Origin: a virus | DNA length: 48,745 bases | IMG/VR virus record: IMGVR_UViG_3300036046_000008 | Direction: 5' to 3' (one strand) | Part shown: positions 44,540 through 48,745 of the stretch, one piece after another | How the letters are laid out: every line of letters begins with the position of its first letter | Position numbering within the stretch: position 1 is the stretch's first letter | Program-made: the position numbers and the translations under genes | The notes under the pieces: model-generated | What the model was told of the DNA's origin: nothing | Databases searched by the model: none | Seen by the model: the letters and a program-made list of their open reading frames with translations, nothing else

Positions 44540-47221
44540 CTAAGCGAGACTAGTCTTAAGAGTGGTGAGACTTACCCCAATAGCGTCAGCCACTTCTGCC
44601 TGAGTGTAGCCCTGCTTAAGCAAAGCCTTAGCCTGAGAGGTCTTCGTAGAAGTCATCAAAAGAGATGTACGTGGAGTGGCCAATTCCTTTACCTTCTTTG
44701 CATCGGAGTTCCTTAGAATTGATTCGAGCTTACTAGTTGTGATAGCGCCTGCTTGAATCGCTTCCCATTCCTTAGGCGAGATGTCGATACGAGCTTTCCC
44801 TGCACCAGTCCTAGCTCTCGCCTCGACCAACGCCATACCATCGATCTTCTTCTTCTCCTCCCGAGTCATGTCGGGATTGTCGCGCCGTTTTGCAGCCCGG
44901 ATAGCATTGGCTACAATTTGAGCCTGGCGTTCTCGAGGGGCGTTCTTCTCAGCCAGGTTAAGCTTGGCATCCAGCGACTTAACTTCTTTCTCATACACCT
45001 TCTTAGCTGAGGGAGAATAGGGAATGTTTTTGACCGCAAGACTTTCTTTCCTAGCCCGATTCGCAAGCGCTTTCATCCGATTGGAGTAAGTCGCATACTC
45101 AGTCTCAATTCGCGTCCCCGCAGACAGCGTAAATGCGTCGTCGGTTTCCGCAAGCTTCTCGCTTCGTTGTGTCTTCGAGACGACTTTACCAGTCTTGTCG
45201 ACGTAGGTACGGCCAGTGTACTCATACACTTTACGTCCTGTGGCGGGATCAATCGGGCCACCTTTAGACATACGCCGCGGCTGGCGTTCGGGAACATCAA
45301 CGCGAGAACCTGCAAGAGAGATCAACGTGGATGCGCCTTTATCGGATCGCCCCAGATACTTCTCTTTTAGAGCAGGGATTCCGTTGTCTAGATACGATTG
45401 TTTGTAATTCAGATTGTGTTTCTCAGCATCGATAACAACCATGGAATGTTTAACAGCTCTAGCAATTTCCGTTTGTGTTGCGCCCATGATAGTCATGTCA
45501 GTAATCAGATTTGAGATGGAACCCATCTCCATCTGTTTACGATCACTGCGCATCGTCGGCATACCCTCATAGGCGGGATACTCTCTGATGGGATCGAAGT
45601 TCTGCAACGCCTTCAGAGGCGGAGAGGTTTTGACTTGCCCTCGATCGTTCGGAATGACAATGACCGTATCCCCATCAAAGTCTGCACCAGACAAACGCTT
45701 AGCTACCTCAGCGTTGATACCAATCGCGTCTGGGGCGTTACCCAACAGTTTCTTTGTTGCCGGGTCCCGATTGTTAACTACCAACTCAGGAATCTCAAAC
45801 GTCCCACCGTGAGGGTGCCGGACTAGCACCACACGTTCGCCATTACGATACGTAGGAGCATACACCTCAGTAGGCTTCATCGAATTCGACGGAATAAGAA
45901 CTTTAGTAGACTGCCTTGGCATGGCGGCCGCAGCAAGATGTACGGCGGCGGCGTCGGCCTCATCACCGAACTTCCGCAACAGGTCGCGCTTGATGACAGG
46001 ATTTGTCAACGACATAATCTCATCGAGCGCAGTTTCGTTTTTATTGTAGAGAAAATCAAGCTGCTGCCTGGCAAGCTTTACATCCTGCTTAGAAAGAAAC
46101 TGAGATGACAACTGTCGGTTCCAAGTGTCCCAGGTTCCTTCTTCATAGATGAGGTTCATAGCAGATGTAACTTTTGGCTTGCCATCCGCACCCAGCGAGA
46201 TGATTTGGCGATTAATGGATGAACCGAATGGGTTGTCCATGTCAATCTCACCCGTCTTGCCGACGGTCTTCATAGGCTTCATAGCGTCAAGCTTATTGCC
46301 CGTACTCGACTTATTAGTATTAAAAACCAAGTCGACGCCGGCAGGCAGATCATCTTTGTAGACAGCCATCCCTTTGAGAAAGTGCGTCCCATCAACAGCA
46401 ACCCGGACCTGCGCGTAATTACCTCCACCAAGTGACAAATCAGCCACGCCCGGGCGCACAAAGATCACACCATCGGCATCGGCGCCGCCATCTTCTGCGT
46501 AATTAATTCCAATTCGCTTTGAATCCACCGACAATGGAGGAAGAAGGCCAAGGTTTGTGCGACCTCCATCATCAGAGAACTCATTGATCTGACGTAGATT
46601 CGCACGGTTTGCCCACGCTTCCTTCTGCGTTACCGACTCAGGAACCAGTACTTTATACTCGGTCAACAAGCCAGTTCCAACCTGCTCAATCTTGAACGAC
46701 CGAGTTGCATAACCTTCCTCGGAAAGCATTGCAACGGCCGCCGCAAGCTTTTCCTTACTGATACCCAACTGACGCTCGACGCCGGTACCAATATCGATCA
46801 TACCTTTTTCGTCAACGTTTGACTTCAACACGTCTGCAATGTTGCGCAACTGCTGAGTCTTATCAAGCTGGCCGGCTTTTAACAGCTCTCTAACAGAACT
46901 CTCATTGATACCCAACCGCTCCCCGATGACCGTATTCGCGGCGCCTTTTGCTTTGAGGCGCTGCGCAAACGTAATATCAGCCGCTCTTGCTTCCGCCTTA
47001 GCAATCGACTTCAGCGCCCGAAGTTCTTTAGTCGTGAGACCAACGCCTTCCGCAACCTGAGCTTCTGTCATCCCTTGCTTCTGCATTGACGATACGTAAT
47101 CCAAAAAAGATTTACTACGATTTGCGACGTTGCCGCCGGAGCCCCAAGGATAACGACCAGAACGACGAAGAATGCCGTAATGCTGAAGGGAATTGGTCTC
47201 ATCTTCCGTAATAACGAACAA
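44540..47221 (-). CDS. Non-canonical RNA polymerase-like protein (multisubunit-RNAP beta-prime-like double-psi beta-barrel motifs, YonO-like) with N- and C-terminal HTH-like segments
   Basis: 893 aa; VRHPHGGTFEIPELVV ... GADFDGDTVIVIP at aa 466-523 resembles beta-prime R.P..H..FEP...NADFDGD; GRSDKGAST at aa 624-632 resembles beta GRHGNKGVIS; HTH-like segments at aa 50-115 and 865-893; TTG start with GAGAGGAGA RBS. Confidence 0.55.
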   Translation of the reverse strand: MFVITEDETNSLQHYGILRRSGRYPWGSGGNVANRSKSFLDYVSSMQKQGMTEAQVAEGVGLTTKELRALKSIAKAEARAADITFAQRLKAKGAANTVIGERLGINESSVRELLKAGQLDKTQQLRNIADVLKSNVDEKGMIDIGTGVERQLGISKEKLAAAVAMLSEEGYATRSFKIEQVGTGLLTEYKVLVPESVTQKEAWANRANLRQINEFSDDGGRTNLGLLPPLSVDSKRIGINYAEDGGADADGVIFVRPGVADLSLGGGNYAQVRVAVDGTHFLKGMAVYKDDLPAGVDLVFNTNKSSTGNKLDAMKPMKTVGKTGEIDMDNPFGSSINRQIISLGADGKPKVTSAMNLIYEEGTWDTWNRQLSSQFLSKQDVKLARQQLDFLYNKNETALDEIMSLTNPVIKRDLLRKFGDEADAAAVHLAAAAMPRQSTKVLIPSNSMKPTEVYAPTYRNGERVVLVRHPHGGTFEIPELVVNNRDPATKKLLGNAPDAIGINAEVAKRLSGADFDGDTVIVIPNDRGQVKTSPPLKALQNFDPIREYPAYEGMPTMRSDRKQMEMGSISNLITDMTIMGATQTEIARAVKHSMVVIDAEKHNLNYKQSYLDNGIPALKEKYLGRSDKGASTLISLAGSRVDVPERQPRRMSKGGPIDPATGRKVYEYTGRTYVDKTGKVVSKTQRSEKLAETDDAFTLSAGTRIETEYATYSNRMKALANRARKESLAVKNIPYSPSAKKVYEKEVKSLDAKLNLAEKNAPRERQAQIVANAIRAAKRRDNPDMTREEKKKIDGMALVEARARTGAGKARIDISPKEWEAIQAGAITTSKLESILRNSDAKKVKELATPRTSLLMTSTKTSQAKALLKQGYTQAEVADAIGVSLTTLKTSLA

Positions 47222-47235
47222 GATCTTATCTCCTC

Positions 47236-47796
47236 TCAGGATCGGGCTTCTTCCTTAATGGATTCGATGCGCTTGTCAAAAGTGATAATCCGATCCATGA
47301 CGTGAAAGATAACGTCAGCATCAGGATGGTGTACACGCACCTCATTGTTCTGGTAGATCCGCAGCTCAGTTTCAAAGTCTACGGGGTTCATCTTATATTC
47401 AAGGCAGAAGAGGCCCACGTAAATCTCGAGTTGATGATACGAGGCGGGAACCGTCCCAGTCTTCAAATCATGGACACGAAGGACATTACGTCGAAAAGAA
47501 ATACAGTCCGCGTGCCCAAACGCATTATCCGAGTAATATAGTGGTTGCTCAGGCGTCATGCGGTAGCCGATTCCGTCGTTCACGTAACTGTTCAATGAAC
47601 CGGAAGTATCCGGAAGTCTAACGCCGAGACGGATCGCTTGATGCGCAAAACTATGCAACTCTGTTCCACGTTTCGCAGCTTGCGAAGCCAAGAACGCCCG
47701 GTCAAGTTTCTCGTCCGAGTAGTTTAACCAGTGGTACCGGCTCGGACTTAAAAACGCATGCTGATCCCTAATGCGTGAATGCATATTGAAGATCAT
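47236..47796 (-). CDS. PD-(D/E)xK nuclease (RecB/Cas4/YqaJ-like)
   Basis: 186 aa; GHADCISF ... VHDLKTG ... YHQLEIY motif order. Confidence 0.45.
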   Translation of the reverse strand: MIFNMHSRIRDQHAFLSPSRYHWLNYSDEKLDRAFLASQAAKRGTELHSFAHQAIRLGVRLPDTSGSLNSYVNDGIGYRMTPEQPLYYSDNAFGHADCISFRRNVLRVHDLKTGTVPASYHQLEIYVGLFCLEYKMNPVDFETELRIYQNNEVRVHHPDADVIFHVMDRIITFDKRIESIKEEARS

Positions 47797-48064
47797 TCAA
47801 AACCTCTTCTTCATTCTCGGGAGAGATAAAAGCCGCAAACGACATCTGGCCGAGCATCTGGACGTAGTATGCTTGATTAGGACGACGACGAGAATTTAAG
47901 GATGACTTAACCTCAAGCATCGCCCATCGTGACCCAAACAAAACCAAAAGATCAGGCAACCCCTGACGGTTTTGCGGATCGTTCTTAATCACAACGCAAC
48001 CAGGAAACATTTGCTTGAGCGCGTCAACGACGTGGCGTTGAAAGCGCGACTCACGAACAGCCAT
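47768..48064 (-). CDS. VRR-NUC-like PD-(D/E)xK nuclease
   Basis: 98 aa; GLPDLLVLFG ... AMLEVKS. Confidence 0.45.
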   Translation of the reverse strand: MAVRESRFQRHVVDALKQMFPGCVVIKNDPQNRQGLPDLLVLFGSRWAMLEVKSSLNSRRRPNQAYYVQMLGQMSFAAFISPENEEEVLNDLQYAFTH

Positions 48065-48152
48065 CGAACCTCCCTCGCCCGACGAAAGAGCAAAATCAAA
48101 AAGGCTTTATCTAGGTCCTTTATCTATTATATGCGAGGTATGCGCCGGGAGG

Positions 48153-48689
48153 TTATATGCTTTTTTGGTCAGATCGCGCGAAGAACGCAAAACGGTAAGA
48201 AGTTGGGAACGCCGGCTCGCCTTCTTGAATAGACGCAAAAAGATCATGAAGGAGGATCCCGTAGAACATGCACGTGATCCAAGCGTTCCCCACAACCTCG
48301 TTCGTGTCCAAGTTGATCACTTGTTTACGTCGCACCCACGAATATGGCCAGAACGTATATAGACCAAGACGATGACCTTGATGGTGGTACTTCATCGCGA
48401 ACCATCGAGGGCGCCAAGACAAATTATCGACATGCGAGTTCGATAGGTCGTAATCGTGATGTATGACACTATCAAAGTATTCGGACGGCGGGGGATCTAA
48501 GAAAGCGCGTGCCACAAGAAACGCAACCGGGCAAATGCGTCGCTCACCGTTGACATACAAACCCACATAGTAACGACCCTGTTGGTTTGAGCAAGGACGG
48601 AGCAGTCGATCTGTGTCGAGATTGACTACCGCCCCAAAAGCATCCACAGCGTATCTGGGGACTTCGGGGATCCTTCGAAAACCGGTCAA
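48153..48689 (-). CDS. HNH homing endonuclease (NUMOD4-like N-terminus)
   Basis: 178 aa; IPEVPRYAVDAFGAVVN and HHDYDLSNSHVDNL; TTG start after GAGGAGG RBS; 5' end lies inside the terminal duplication. Confidence 0.6.
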   Translation of the reverse strand: MTGFRRIPEVPRYAVDAFGAVVNLDTDRLLRPCSNQQGRYYVGLYVNGERRICPVAFLVARAFLDPPPSEYFDSVIHHDYDLSNSHVDNLSWRPRWFAMKYHHQGHRLGLYTFWPYSWVRRKQVINLDTNEVVGNAWITCMFYGILLHDLFASIQEGEPAFPTSYRFAFFARSDQKSI

Positions 48690-48745
48690 CGAACCTCCTC
48701 GATCGGATGGAAATTAACGGTTTTGTAGGGTCGGGAAAAAGGGTC

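Noticed and set aside
1-48745. Integrase / repressor-based lysogeny module
   Set aside because: No tyrosine or serine recombinase motifs and no CI/Cro-like pair recognised by eye; absence cannot be proven without profile searches.

Overview
The window looks like one complete tailed-phage genome (siphovirus-like, moderately GC-rich by eye, actinobacteriophage-like gene content) with about 48.6 kb of unique sequence; nt 1..127 are identical to nt 48619..48745, so the window is either circularly closed with overlap or carries a direct terminal repeat. Every credible gene lies on the minus strand; plus-strand ORFs in the track are antisense shadows. Reading the minus strand from the high-coordinate end, the order is: HNH endonuclease and two PD-(D/E)xK-type nucleases; an 893-aa protein with multisubunit-RNAP-like beta-prime motifs (NADFDGD-type) flanked by HTH-like segments; membrane proteins; tail fibres with collagen-like repeats; a lysis-like cassette (amidase-like, LysM, EEP-family protein); large terminase, portal, and a prohead-protease/capsid fusion; a tail module with three tandem paralogs and a roughly 1414-aa tape measure protein; then a 17-kb arm of mostly small genes that also holds a helicase/primase/family-B-polymerase fusion, a WhiB-like protein, an SF2-like helicase and one tRNA-Lys(UUU). 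That last arm carries at least ten copies of a highly conserved ~37-bp promoter-like element (minus strand TCGCGAAAATTGCATGCCGTATAATGAGACCCCCTAC, then GAAAGGAAG RBS) and a family of terminator-like hairpins with conserved loops. The most interesting hypothesis is a phage-encoded non-canonical (YonO-like, single-polypeptide) RNA polymerase working with a dedicated promoter/terminator set on a strictly unidirectional genome. All functional calls are from motifs read by eye, with no database search. Coordinates I derived by hand (small ORFs, motif and hairpin boundaries) may be off by 1-3 nt. No integrase or CI-like repressor was recognised.
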